A DNA stretch of 64,000 nucleotides from Deltaproteobacteria bacterium (GCA_015494155.1 WGBU01000011.1:874-64873), one strand, 5' to 3'; shown: positions 36,352 through 45,509, counted from the first letter of the stretch. Notes: generated by a model from the letters alone, not told the origin. Numbers and translations: made by a program.

Positions 36352-37916
36352 ATAGGCCACTACCACTCTTTCCAATATATCTAGTGGACTTCCTTGGTGC
36401 CATATTGATGGTGGTCCTCTCTATAATGGCACTGCGCTATGCTAAGCAGTTGAAAGACAGGCATCCTAAGAGTGTTCTCTTCTCATATCTCTTCTGGCTC
36501 TCCTTATCCTTTGTGGCCCTATCTATCTCCAGGAGCTTTGGCCATGCAGTGAGATTCATACTGGTATTCCTGGGAGAACCAGAACTCTGGCGAGTGATCA
36601 GGCCCTTGAGTGGTGGGCTCAATACCATGACATTTGTCTCTGTTGGGATTTTGACATTCTATTACCCCAATATAAGAGGGGTGATGAAACTTGTAAGGGA
36701 CGAGGCCCAGGCGGTAAAGCGTGCCAAAGAGGAGCTTGAGAAGGCACACAAGGAGCTTCGTGAATTAAACCGGACCCTTGAAGATAGGGTGCGCGAGCGC
36801 ACCCAAGAACTCATGCTCTCGCAGCAAAAGTTTAAACGCCTCTTTGAAAATTCAAAGGACGCCATCTTCTTTTGCGATGACATGGGGTGTATTTCAGACA
36901 TGAACAGGAGTGGTATAGAACTCTTGGGATATGAGAGAAAGGAAGATGTCCTGGGCCGGCCGATGAAGGCATTCTTTAGAGACCAGAATGACTGGAGGAA
37001 ATACTATACCAGTATTTGTAGGAACGGGTTCATCAAGGACTTCGAGACCGAGATCCTGAAAAAGGATGGCTCTACGATCAATGTGATAATCAGTGCTGCT
37101 GCAATTATAAATGAACATGGAGAGACCACTGGCTGCGAGGGGATCGCCAAGGATATCACATCGTTCAAGAAGATGACCGAAAAGCTTGTCTATTCTGAGA
37201 AGATGGCGGCCATAGGACAGCTCGCTGCTGGCGTGGCCCATGAGATAAACACACCACTTGGAATCATCTTGGGTTACACCCAGCTCCTAAAGGAGGACTT
37301 CGAAAAGGACCCCAATGTGCTCCAAGACCTGGAGATAATGGAAAAGCAGGCAAAGAACTGTAAACGCATTGTCTCTGACCTCTTGAGTTTTGCGAGGTCT
37401 ACGTCCAGTGGTACCAGTGAGGAGGTGGATGTGAATGAGTGTCTCATACAGACCACGGCGCTCATACGCCATTCCCTAGAGATGGATCAGATCGAGTTGG
37501 AGCTGAGGTTGGCCGAGTCTGTGCCAAGGATCGTTGGGGACAAAGACAGGATCAGCCAGGTGTTCCTAAACATATTGACAAATGCACACCAGGCCATTGG
37601 TGAAAAAGGACACGTTTTGATCGAGACCTACTATGACGATTCGGCCAAGTCTGTAATAGTGAGGATAGCAGATTCAGGACCAGGCGTCCCAGACGAGATT
37701 AAGCACAAGATGTTCGATCCATTCTTTACTACAAAGCCTGTGGGTAAGGGTACTGGACTGGGGCTTAGCGTGTCTTATGGTATAATTCAGGAATTAAAGG
37801 GGACTATTGAGGTCATATCACCTCCAAAGGACCCAGAGTATCTCAAGATGGGGTTGAATACCGAGTTTAGGATTCAACTCCCAGTGAGTGGGCTCACCAA
37901 GGGAAAGGAGGTGTGA
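36348..37916 (+). CDS. Membrane sensor histidine kinase (TM bundle, coiled coil, PAS, HisKA, HATPase)
   Basis: 522 aa. The H-box is [11 protein letters not shown], with N/G boxes [14 protein letters not shown] and [14 protein letters not shown]. Confidence 0.85.
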   Translation: MNRPLPLFPIYLVDFLGAILMVVLSIMALRYAKQLKDRHPKSVLFSYLFWLSLSFVALSISRSFGHAVRFILVFLGEPELWRVIRPLSGGLNTMTFVSVGILTFYYPNIRGVMKLVRDEAQAVKRAKEELEKAHKELRELNRTLEDRVRERTQELMLSQQKFKRLFENSKDAIFFCDDMGCISDMNRSGIELLGYERKEDVLGRPMKAFFRDQNDWRKYYTSICRNGFIKDFETEILKKDGSTINVIISAAAIINEHGETTGCEGIAKDITSFKKMTEKLVYSEKMAAIGQLAAGVAHEINTPLGIILGYTQLLKEDFEKDPNVLQDLEIMEKQAKNCKRIVSDLLSFARSTSSGTSEEVDVNECLIQTTALIRHSLEMDQIELELRLAESVPRIVGDKDRISQVFLNILTNAHQAIGEKGHVLIETYYDDSAKSVIVRIADSGPGVPDEIKHKMFDPFFTTKPVGKGTGLGLSVSYGIIQELKGTIEVISPPKDPEYLKMGLNTEFRIQLPVSGLTKGKEV

Positions 37917-37919
37917 GCA

Positions 37920-38123
37920 ATGGCAGAAAAGAAGGTCACCAAACGCCCGTGGCGGAAGCATAAAGAATTTAAGTGCCATGTGTGTAATCGGGAGCTTCCC
38001 TTCTGCTGGAATTGCCCCTGTGGATTTCAGATATGCGATGATTGCCTAAAAGAGAATCTATGGGGTATGAGTAATGGCCCCACTTGGATCTGTCCAGACT
38101 GTGGTCGTGTAAGGATGTTTTAG
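37920..38123 (+). CDS. Cys-rich zinc-ribbon-like micro-protein inside the two-component operon
   Basis: 67 aa with 9 Cys arranged CxxC-x6-CxxCxC-x4-CxxC-x15-CxxC. It starts 3 nt after the kinase stop and is directly abutted by the regulator gene. Confidence 0.55.
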   Translation: MAEKKVTKRPWRKHKEFKCHVCNRELPFCWNCPCGFQICDDCLKENLWGMSNGPTWICPDCGRVRMF

Positions 38124-38129
38124 TTGGCC

Positions 38130-39542
38130 ATGAGCAAAGAGGCAAAGATACTCATTGTGGACGACGAAGAGGATCTCTGCACCATGTTGAAGCGGCTCTT
38201 TGAGAGAAAAGGGCCATATTCTGTGATCACATCCAATTCACCTTTTGAGGCACTTAAGATAGTCAAGGAATGGCGTCCTGATGTGGTGGTGACTGATGTA
38301 AAGATGGATGGGATGGACGGGATAGAACTCCTTAGGAGGATTCAAGACGTTGATTCTTATTGTTCCACCATTGTGATAAGTGGTTTTGGTACAGTGGAGA
38401 TGGCAGTGGACGCCATAAAGCTTGGGGCCTACGACTTTCTCGAAAAGCCCTTTGACAACACAAAGGTGCTCCATACTGTCAAACGTGCTGTGGAGCGCAC
38501 CAGGCTCCTCAGGGAGAATGCCAGGCTATCTCAGGCAGTGCGTACCGAGTATGACTTTTATGGTATTGTGGGGTCGTCGCCTGCCATCCAGGAGGTGAAG
38601 CGGCTCATCGAGCAAGTGGCAGCCTCTGATGAGACAGTGCTTATACAAGGTGAGAGCGGTACCGGAAAAGAGCTTGCAGCACGGGCCATACACGCCCTAA
38701 GCCCTCGCAGAAAAAAGAGGATGATCACCGTAAATTGTGCTGCCCTTCCAGAAAATATCTTGGAGAGTGAGCTCTTCGGCTATGAAAAGGGGGCATTTAC
38801 TGGGGCGCTTCAGAGGAAGAAGGGGCTTTTTTTTGAGGCACAGGGATCTACCATCCTCTTGGACGAAATAGGCGATATGCCCGTATCACTCCAGACAAAG
38901 CTCTTGAGGGTATTGCAGGAGAAGGAGATAAGGCCCCTTGGCTCTACACGCGACATCCCCATTGATGTCAGGGTCATCGCCTCCACAAATCAGGACCTAG
39001 AGGAGGGGATAAATAGGGGTACCTTCAGGGCAGACCTCTATTATCGGCTAAATGTTGTCACTATCACCATGCCCCCACTACGGGAGATGAGGGGGGACAT
39101 CCCCATACTCGCAAACCACTTCCTCAAGAAATTTTCAGTACAGTTCCAAAAAGAGGGCCTAAATTTTTCAGAAGATGCACTGGTCTGTCTCTCTGAGAGG
39201 GCGTGGCGCGGCAATGTCAGAGAGCTTGAAAACGCCATAAAGCGCGCGGTGTTACTCAACGAATCTGGTCTCATTGAGGCAAGGGACATAGTGGGTACAG
39301 GGGGCAACAATGGTGCCATCCCGTGTGGCGAGGGCTTTATGGATTTTCTCGTCAACAGACCCTATGGGGTTGCAAAAAAGGAGCTCGTAACAAGATTTTC
39401 CATTAGTTACTTGAAGCACGTGTTAAATAAGACTGGCGGAAACGTCTCTGAGGCAGCCAGGGTAAGCGGCATGGAGCGCCAGGCCCTACAACGTCTTATG
39501 AGGCAATATGGCATCCGGTCTGCCGATTTTAAATCCCATTAG
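38130..39542 (+). CDS. Sigma-54-dependent response regulator (NtrC/AtoC family)
   Basis: The REC reads ILIVDDEED..VVTDVKMDGMDG. The AAA+ domain has Walker A GESGTGKE and the GAFTGA loop (EKGAFTGAL), and a C-terminal Fis-type HTH is present. I use ATG 38130; the track starts at TTG 38124. Confidence 0.9.
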   Translation: MSKEAKILIVDDEEDLCTMLKRLFERKGPYSVITSNSPFEALKIVKEWRPDVVVTDVKMDGMDGIELLRRIQDVDSYCSTIVISGFGTVEMAVDAIKLGAYDFLEKPFDNTKVLHTVKRAVERTRLLRENARLSQAVRTEYDFYGIVGSSPAIQEVKRLIEQVAASDETVLIQGESGTGKELAARAIHALSPRRKKRMITVNCAALPENILESELFGYEKGAFTGALQRKKGLFFEAQGSTILLDEIGDMPVSLQTKLLRVLQEKEIRPLGSTRDIPIDVRVIASTNQDLEEGINRGTFRADLYYRLNVVTITMPPLREMRGDIPILANHFLKKFSVQFQKEGLNFSEDALVCLSERAWRGNVRELENAIKRAVLLNESGLIEARDIVGTGGNNGAIPCGEGFMDFLVNRPYGVAKKELVTRFSISYLKHVLNKTGGNVSEAARVSGMERQALQRLMRQYGIRSADFKSH

Positions 39543-39544
39543 AT

Positions 39545-39581
39545 TGCAATAATAATGTAGCACTGCAACATATATGTTGCA
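39545..39581. promoter_or_regulatory. Tandem 18-bp dyads, candidate enhancer (UAS) for the NtrC-type regulator
   Basis: TGCAATAATAATGTAGCA (39545-39562) and the perfect palindrome TGCAACATATATGTTGCA (39564-39581). They lie about 100-130 bp upstream of the sigma-54 promoter. Confidence 0.45.
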
Positions 39582-39676
39582 CTTTTCTTGTCTATCCCCC
39601 ATGTTTTGTTAGGTCTCTAATTATATAACACTCTGTTTTTACACAAGAATATCTTTTTGTGACTTTTCCCTCAATC

Positions 39677-39692
39677 TGGCACTCCATTTGCG
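39677..39692 (+). promoter_or_regulatory. Sigma-54 (-24/-12) promoter
   Basis: TGGCACtccatTTGCg matches the TGGCAC-N5-TTGCW consensus exactly. It is intergenic, 78 nt upstream of the rex ATG and directly downstream of a sigma-54 activator gene. Confidence 0.7.
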
Positions 39693-39769
39693 TAATCTCT
39701 AACAAAGCGCGCTTTTTTGGGGTTTTTATTCGTGCCCTGGGGCATCACATCACAAAGGGGGAACATTTT

Positions 39770-40480
39770 ATGGAAAAAGGCAAAAAGATCCCTGCTGCCA
39801 CCATCTTCCGGTTGTCTGTCTATAGGCAACACCTCTTGGAGATGAGGAAGCAGGGGAGGAGAACGGTGTCGTCGCTTGAGTTGGCATCGGCTGCACGGGT
39901 GAACCCTGCACAGCTCCGAAAGGATCTGTCCTATTTTGGTCGTTTTGGGGTGCGTGGGGTTGGATACAGTGTGGACGGGCTATTACAGGAGATTTCCACT
40001 ATCCTCGGGTTGAGGAGGCCATGGAATCTGTGCGTACTGGGTGGCGGCAAGGTGGGACGGGCCATAATTGTAAGTGGTCACCTGGAACAGAGGGGCTACT
40101 TCGTTGAGGCAGTCTTTGACTCAAGGCCAGAGATCATCGGACACTCTATTGGGCCAGGGCTTGTGGTGGAAGACATTAGAGGTGCAGGTATGAGCCTACC
40201 TCAAAAAGAGGTATTCCTCTGTATGATCACAGAGGAGGTGCCAGACTTAAACGGCTGTGTGCATAGGCTGCTCGATGCGGGCATAAGGGGATTTTTGAGC
40301 CTTGTACCTGTGAGTGCATCTATTCCTCCCACAATACCTGTCCAATACATGGACTTTACTACGCTCCTCGACACCTTGGCCTATACCCTGACGCACGGTG
40401 TTAACAGGGGAGGCCCAGATTTTTTGGAAGGTGAACCAGTCACAACGGAAAAACCGCCCATGGGGGCATGTCTTGTTTAA
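39770..40480 (+). CDS. rex: Redox-sensing transcriptional repressor Rex (with a ~30-aa C-terminal extension)
   Basis: The N-terminus is MEKGKKIPAATIFRLSVYRQHLLEM..VSSLELA..QLRKDLSYFGRFGVRGVGY, and the Rossmann motif is VLGGGKVGRA. I start at ATG 39770 because the track extension back to 39659 contains the sigma-54 promoter. Confidence 0.8.
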   Translation: MEKGKKIPAATIFRLSVYRQHLLEMRKQGRRTVSSLELASAARVNPAQLRKDLSYFGRFGVRGVGYSVDGLLQEISTILGLRRPWNLCVLGGGKVGRAIIVSGHLEQRGYFVEAVFDSRPEIIGHSIGPGLVVEDIRGAGMSLPQKEVFLCMITEEVPDLNGCVHRLLDAGIRGFLSLVPVSASIPPTIPVQYMDFTTLLDTLAYTLTHGVNRGGPDFLEGEPVTTEKPPMGACLV

Positions 40481-40501
40481 ATAGAGAAAGGAGGCCATTA
40501 A

Positions 40502-42193
40502 ATGTATAGGGCGTTTATGAAAAAGTTAATTTTCCTGGTCTTGGTTACAGTCTTTGGGCTCTTTTGGGGTAGCACACAGGGTTGGTCTGCTGCAGAAGTC
40601 ACCTTGGACAAGACTGAATATGGGGCAGGACAACCTATTACCATCAAGGGGAAGATAGATCCAGGTCAAGACCTCTTCCTAGTCTTGTGTACTGACAAGA
40701 TGTTCAGACCACAGGACTCCCCAGGAGAGAAGGAACGGGAAAAGCTCACCAAGAAATTTGGTGATACAGCGATTCCTCCCATTTACTATCTCATCACTAC
40801 AAAGCCAGACTATTTTGCCACACCTAAAGGGGTTGCCAAGGGACAGACCAAGGGTATCTTTGCCTTCCCACCCTTTAAGTTTATCGTGCGAGTAAACAAG
40901 CTTAAAAAGTGGGACGAAATACCATCTGAGGTGAAGGGTCTGCTTGGGCCAATTAACTCCAAGGCCCAGTGGGACTTTCTGATTTATACCCATGAAAAGA
41001 AGTTTGGTATAAACACCATTACCAAAGAGCGGCCCATTGGCGGCGGTAATGCCCGCATGGTATTGACAGACTACAACGTCCAGAAAGAGGCATGGAACAA
41101 GGGTGTGTCCATCGACCTCGACAGGAATACTGGTCGTTTCACAGTGGTAGTCACACCATATAAGAATATAGCCCCAGGGACCAAGATGGCCATCTGGGTA
41201 AATGGCCAAAAGAATGCAACCTATGTGGTTAAGCCCGCAGGTTATTTCTTTAAGACCGCCAATACATACATGAATCCCCTGGTGGTGCTCATCGGTGCAT
41301 TCATCATTGGTGTCTTATTCGTGATCATGGGAGCTGCAGGCGGGCTCTTTACTGCCGCATTCCAGATCACAGTCCTGGGCACCAAGGGGCCCATTGGTAT
41401 CAATGCTGCAAACACTGTGAAGCCTACAAACCTCTTTCTCACCCTATGTTCACCCATCACAGGGTTAATCAGCTATTTTAAAGACAAGCGCTTTGCCTGG
41501 CCAGTGGCCATATTCTTTGCCATCGGTATCTTTATCGGCGCATTCTTCCTTGGACCTACATTCTCGGCCAAGTATCTGCCCATGAAGGCATATAAGTTCT
41601 ATCTGGGTGTGATCTGTTTCTTCATTGGCCTCAAGTTGTTCCACGAGAGTCTACCCAGCACCATCGAAAAGAAGAAGGCCCTTAAGGCCATTGTCCAGAA
41701 GTTCAACCAGGCGGTCAAAGAGGCCAAAAAGACTGGAAAGGCGGCAGAGCTTGGGAAAGTGGAGTTCGACAAGTTCAACATTGTCAAATTTGACATGCGT
41801 TTCTGGGGCGAGACCTTTGTAGCAAGGCCGCTGGCAATGCTCATTGGCGGTATTCTCATGGGTATGATCGCTGCCTCCTTTGGTGTAGGCGGTGGATTTA
41901 TGTTCATGCCATTCATGACCTCCATTATGGGCTATCCCATGTACCTTGCTGTGCCCATTGCACTTTCAGGCACATTTGCCACTAGTGTTGGTGGTATTGG
42001 TAAGTACATACTCTTGGGTTATTCCCCTGACTGGCTCATGGCAGTATTGATCGCGGCAGGCGCAATTGGCGGTGGTATGGTCGGGCCCAAGATCCAGAAG
42101 AGACTACCAGAGATCTTCCTCAAGAGACTCCTGGCCCTGGCACTCATCATTGTGTTCATGAAGTACACAAAGCTCTTGTGGTTCATGAGGTAA
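40502..42193 (+). CDS. TSUP/TauE-SafE-like anion transporter with a ~250-aa N-terminal extracytoplasmic domain
   Basis: 563 aa. A signal peptide and soluble domain are followed by two TM halves carrying TauE-type Gly-rich motifs (MGAAGGLFTAAF, SFGVGGGFMFMPF). A charged loop separates the two halves. Confidence 0.65.
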   Translation: MYRAFMKKLIFLVLVTVFGLFWGSTQGWSAAEVTLDKTEYGAGQPITIKGKIDPGQDLFLVLCTDKMFRPQDSPGEKEREKLTKKFGDTAIPPIYYLITTKPDYFATPKGVAKGQTKGIFAFPPFKFIVRVNKLKKWDEIPSEVKGLLGPINSKAQWDFLIYTHEKKFGINTITKERPIGGGNARMVLTDYNVQKEAWNKGVSIDLDRNTGRFTVVVTPYKNIAPGTKMAIWVNGQKNATYVVKPAGYFFKTANTYMNPLVVLIGAFIIGVLFVIMGAAGGLFTAAFQITVLGTKGPIGINAANTVKPTNLFLTLCSPITGLISYFKDKRFAWPVAIFFAIGIFIGAFFLGPTFSAKYLPMKAYKFYLGVICFFIGLKLFHESLPSTIEKKKALKAIVQKFNQAVKEAKKTGKAAELGKVEFDKFNIVKFDMRFWGETFVARPLAMLIGGILMGMIAASFGVGGGFMFMPFMTSIMGYPMYLAVPIALSGTFATSVGGIGKYILLGYSPDWLMAVLIAAGAIGGGMVGPKIQKRLPEIFLKRLLALALIIVFMKYTKLLWFMR

Positions 42194-42199
42194 AAAGAG

Positions 42200-42883
42200 A
42201 TGTTGGATGTCACAAGCCGCATTTTAGACTGGCTCTGGCTGGGACTGGTGGTCCCAGCCGCGGCCACTGTGGGGGATCTAGTTGCCCGGGTTACCCTAGG
42301 CCCTATGAACGCCCTTTGTGTTCCACCTGTGATTCAGGTTGCCGTCATAGGGGCACTGACTGCTCTTTTGTCTATGGGGATTAAGAGGTTGCTACACATA
42401 GATGAAAAAGAGGCAGAGTTCCTTGGGGAAATAGAGGCAAGAAAAGAGGCCCGCGACCTTTTGAGGGACGTCTCCGATTGGAAGGTAAAAGAGGTGCTAC
42501 AAAATGCCACGGACAGCGATATCGATGAGGTGTACAATACCTACATATCGCATAAATTCGCCTGGTTTGGGATCTCATACCTCCTGCCAATATTCCTCAC
42601 ACTCTTTTGGCTGGATACCAGGGTGGAATTCGCTGGGGTGCGATTCGTGCTGGAATTTCCTCAGCGACCCTTTGGGATACCCGGGCTATCTGTGCCCATG
42701 ACATTTTTTATTGGGTATCTTGCCACCCTCTTTAGCTTACGGAAGGCCCTTGGGAAAAGGGACCTAGAGGGACGGCTGGTGGCACCCAATGGTGGCCTCA
42801 ACCAAAGTGCTGGACCAGGCAGTGGCAGGGGCCATCTAGGGGACGACCATAGGCAAAGGGCCGTTACCCCCACTACCATGTAA
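42200..42883 (+). CDS. Membrane protein of unknown function
   Basis: 227 aa. About 2 N-terminal TM helices are followed by a charged helix (EKEAEFLGEIEARKEARDLLRD), 2 more TM helices, and a Gly/Arg-rich tail. Confidence 0.45.
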   Translation: MLDVTSRILDWLWLGLVVPAAATVGDLVARVTLGPMNALCVPPVIQVAVIGALTALLSMGIKRLLHIDEKEAEFLGEIEARKEARDLLRDVSDWKVKEVLQNATDSDIDEVYNTYISHKFAWFGISYLLPIFLTLFWLDTRVEFAGVRFVLEFPQRPFGIPGLSVPMTFFIGYLATLFSLRKALGKRDLEGRLVAPNGGLNQSAGPGSGRGHLGDDHRQRAVTPTTM

Positions 42884-42905
42884 AATCGTTTTAAAAGGAG
42901 GCACT

Positions 42906-45020
42906 ATGGCAAAGACCGTTTGGAGTATGTGTGGAATGTGTTCTGTCCGATGCCCGATACGGGTAGAGGTAGATGATGGAGAGATAACCTGGATCGAGGG
43001 TAATCCCCATATCCTAAAGCATTCATTGTGTGCCAAGGGATCGGCAGGGATCGCCCTATATAAAGATAGTGAACGCCCCCAGACCCCCCTCATAAGGCGC
43101 GGGGGGCGCGGTGCTGGGCAATGGGACCCAGTGAGCTGGGAGACAGCCATAGACTATGTGGGGGAGAAGCTTGAAAAGATCATATCGAAGTATGGGGGCC
43201 GTTCTATCATGTTGAGTTGTAGAGGCGGGCCATTTATGGACCTTTTTAAGGCCTTTATACATGCGCTAGGCTCTCCCAATTTCACCAATCACGACAGCGC
43301 GTGTGGAAGAAACGTGCACCATGCAAGCCTCTCTCTCTATGGGGTTGGCCGCAAGGGGTTTGTATATGACATAAAGAATGCAAACCACCTCATCCTGTTC
43401 GGGCGTAATATCTTGTCGTCTCTTAGGGTTGCAGAGGTCCAACAGGTGATGGACATGCTGGACAAGGGTGGGAGCCTTACATACGTAGATGTGAGGCAGA
43501 CACTTACTGGTGTAAAGGCCACTAGATTTTTCCAGGTACGTCCAGGCACAGACTATGCCCTGGCACTGGGCATGATAAACGAGGTGCTCAAACAGGGTGC
43601 ATATGACCAGTCGTTCATAGATCGCTATACTACTGGGTTCGATGAACTAGTAAAATTCGTAGAACCCTATACTGCTGAATGGGCCGCCAAGGAGTGTGGT
43701 GTCAAGGCGAATAAGATAAAGGACTTTGTCAAAGAGATCAAAGATCAGATGCCCAGGGTGATCTTCCACCCAGGATGGATGCTCTCTAGATACAAGGATT
43801 CCTTCTATGCAAGCCGTGCACTACACATCTTGAATGTATTGATGGGGAATATTGAAGTTGAAGGGGGACAGATATTCCCCAAGGGACCAGGGGATTGTGG
43901 CGTCAAGGGCTTAAGGAGTCTGGACGCACAGGTCCCAAAGCCCGAAGAGAAGCGCGCCGATGGAGTGGGGTGGCGCTATAAGCACTTTGACAAGGGACCA
44001 GGCCTCTTCCACCTATTCTATGATGCCATGGTCACAGAAGACCCCTATCCCATAAAGGCCCTCATCTGCTATAGGCACGATCCTTTTAACTGCTTCCCAG
44101 ACCCGCAGGCGCAAAAAGAGGCCCTGGAAAATTGCGATCTACTCATATCCATAGATACCCACTACAGCGAGTTTGGGTGGTTTAGCGATGTGATCCTCCC
44201 AGAGTCCATGTATCTCGAAAGAGAATCCATCATTGCCACCCAGAAGGGGCCAAAGCCCAGGTTCATTGTGAGACAAAAGGCAGTGGAGCCGCGATTCAAC
44301 ACCAAGGCGGCATGGGAGATATTCAAACTCCTGGCAGATCGCATGGGAGTGGGCCAATACTTCCCCTATGAGACCATTGAGGACCTGTGGAAGTGGCAAT
44401 TGGAGCCCACCGGATTCAAGATAGAGGACTTTAATGCCAAGGGCTTTATCCCGCTCACAGACAAGCCCATCATGTATAACAGGGACGAACTGGAAGGGAA
44501 ATTTAAGACCCCCTCTGGTAAGATAGAGTTCGTGAGTCAAAAGCTCGAAGAGGTGGGCATTCCATCCCTCAAGCCCTATGAGTCCCCGCTCCATCCACCC
44601 AAGGGTAAATTTAGGCTGGTGTTTGGACGTTCACCAGTCCACGCCCATGGTCACACTATAAACAATCCAATGCTCCACGAATTGATGCCAGAAAACACCC
44701 TCTGGATCAACAGGCGTGCAGCAGACAAGCTGGGTATTAAGGATGGGGACCTCGTGGACGTAGTCTCAGACACACAAAAAGGTGTGGTGAGGGCACACGT
44801 CACCGAGTTCATCCATCCTGAGGCCGTTTATACGGTCCATGGTTTTGGCAGACAGATACCGCTACAGTCAAGGGCATATCATGCTGGCATGAGCGATCAG
44901 AAGCTCATGGAAGGACTGTTGCAGAGTATGGATCCAGCAGGGGGAGGGCTGTGTCTCTGTGAGAAATTCGTGACTGTACGAAGGAGCCCCAGAAATCCAA
45001 AAAGGAGGATCGAGCTATGA
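42906..45020 (+). CDS. Molybdopterin (bis-PGD) oxidoreductase catalytic subunit, no Tat signal (Psr/Phs/Ttr-like clade by motif)
   Basis: 704 aa. The 4Fe-4S motif C9-x2-C12-x3-C16-x25-C42 begins at residue 9, so no signal peptide is possible. HDSACGRN supplies a probable Cys Mo ligand. SD AGGAGG lies upstream. Confidence 0.85.
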   Translation: MAKTVWSMCGMCSVRCPIRVEVDDGEITWIEGNPHILKHSLCAKGSAGIALYKDSERPQTPLIRRGGRGAGQWDPVSWETAIDYVGEKLEKIISKYGGRSIMLSCRGGPFMDLFKAFIHALGSPNFTNHDSACGRNVHHASLSLYGVGRKGFVYDIKNANHLILFGRNILSSLRVAEVQQVMDMLDKGGSLTYVDVRQTLTGVKATRFFQVRPGTDYALALGMINEVLKQGAYDQSFIDRYTTGFDELVKFVEPYTAEWAAKECGVKANKIKDFVKEIKDQMPRVIFHPGWMLSRYKDSFYASRALHILNVLMGNIEVEGGQIFPKGPGDCGVKGLRSLDAQVPKPEEKRADGVGWRYKHFDKGPGLFHLFYDAMVTEDPYPIKALICYRHDPFNCFPDPQAQKEALENCDLLISIDTHYSEFGWFSDVILPESMYLERESIIATQKGPKPRFIVRQKAVEPRFNTKAAWEIFKLLADRMGVGQYFPYETIEDLWKWQLEPTGFKIEDFNAKGFIPLTDKPIMYNRDELEGKFKTPSGKIEFVSQKLEEVGIPSLKPYESPLHPPKGKFRLVFGRSPVHAHGHTINNPMLHELMPENTLWINRRAADKLGIKDGDLVDVVSDTQKGVVRAHVTEFIHPEAVYTVHGFGRQIPLQSRAYHAGMSDQKLMEGLLQSMDPAGGGLCLCEKFVTVRRSPRNPKRRIEL

Positions 45021-45469
45021 ATCGCTATCTCCTATATCTGAATTCCAAGAGGTGCATTGGATGTCATGGGTGTGAAGTACACTGTAAGACCAATAAACAT
45101 CTGCCAGTAGGACCACTTCTCTGTGAAATATCACATGAGCCCTTAAAGAACGTACGTGGGGTCCCCAAGACAGAGTACCACTTTAGGTCATGCTACCACT
45201 GTGAAGAGCCTTTCTGCGTACCCATCTGTCCCACTGGTGCCATGCAAAAGCGGGAAGATGGCATCGTGTTTGTGGACCAGGAAAAGTGTATTGGGTGCAT
45301 GGCCTGTCAAGGGGCATGTCCATGGCATATCCCCCAGTTTAATCCAGAGACTGGCAAGGCAATAAAGTGTGACTACTGTATGGATAGGATAGATGCAGGG
45401 TTAAAGCCCGCATGTGTAACAAAGTGTACTACACATGCCTTGAGGTTCGTTGAGCTAAAGGAGATCTAG
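45017..45469 (+). CDS. 4Fe-4S ferredoxin-type electron-transfer subunit (DmsB/PsrB-like)
   Basis: 150 aa. The motifs are CIGCHGCEVHC, CYHCEEPFCVPICP, CIGCMACQGACP and CDYC..C..C. There is an ATGA overlap with the catalytic subunit gene. Confidence 0.85.
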   Translation: MNRYLLYLNSKRCIGCHGCEVHCKTNKHLPVGPLLCEISHEPLKNVRGVPKTEYHFRSCYHCEEPFCVPICPTGAMQKREDGIVFVDQEKCIGCMACQGACPWHIPQFNPETGKAIKCDYCMDRIDAGLKPACVTKCTTHALRFVELKEI

Positions 45470-45509
45470 GCCAAGAGTATATAAAGGTCGGGTCCTAGGT
45501 ATTAACCGT

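Noticed and set aside
39564-39581. The 18-bp palindrome TGCAACATATATGTTGCA read as the intrinsic terminator of the regulator gene
   Set aside because: This reading is not fully excluded, because the palindrome is followed by CTTTTCTT. However, the stem is AT-rich, and an imperfect second copy of the same dyad lies immediately upstream. The position relative to the sigma-54 promoter also fits an activator binding site better. It is kept as a regulatory call with moderate confidence.
39659-39769. N-terminal extension of the rex ORF as given in the ORF track (GTG/TTG-type start at 39659)
   Set aside because: The extension has no Rex homology and contains the consensus sigma-54 promoter. The Rex N-terminus (KIPAATIFRL) begins right after ATG 39770, which has a G-rich SD.
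42906-45020. Selenocysteine (in-frame TGA) in the Mo-oxidoreductase
   Set aside because: The ORF is uninterrupted, and the putative Mo-ligand position is a Cys codon (HDSACGRN). There is no in-frame TGA and no need for a SECIS.
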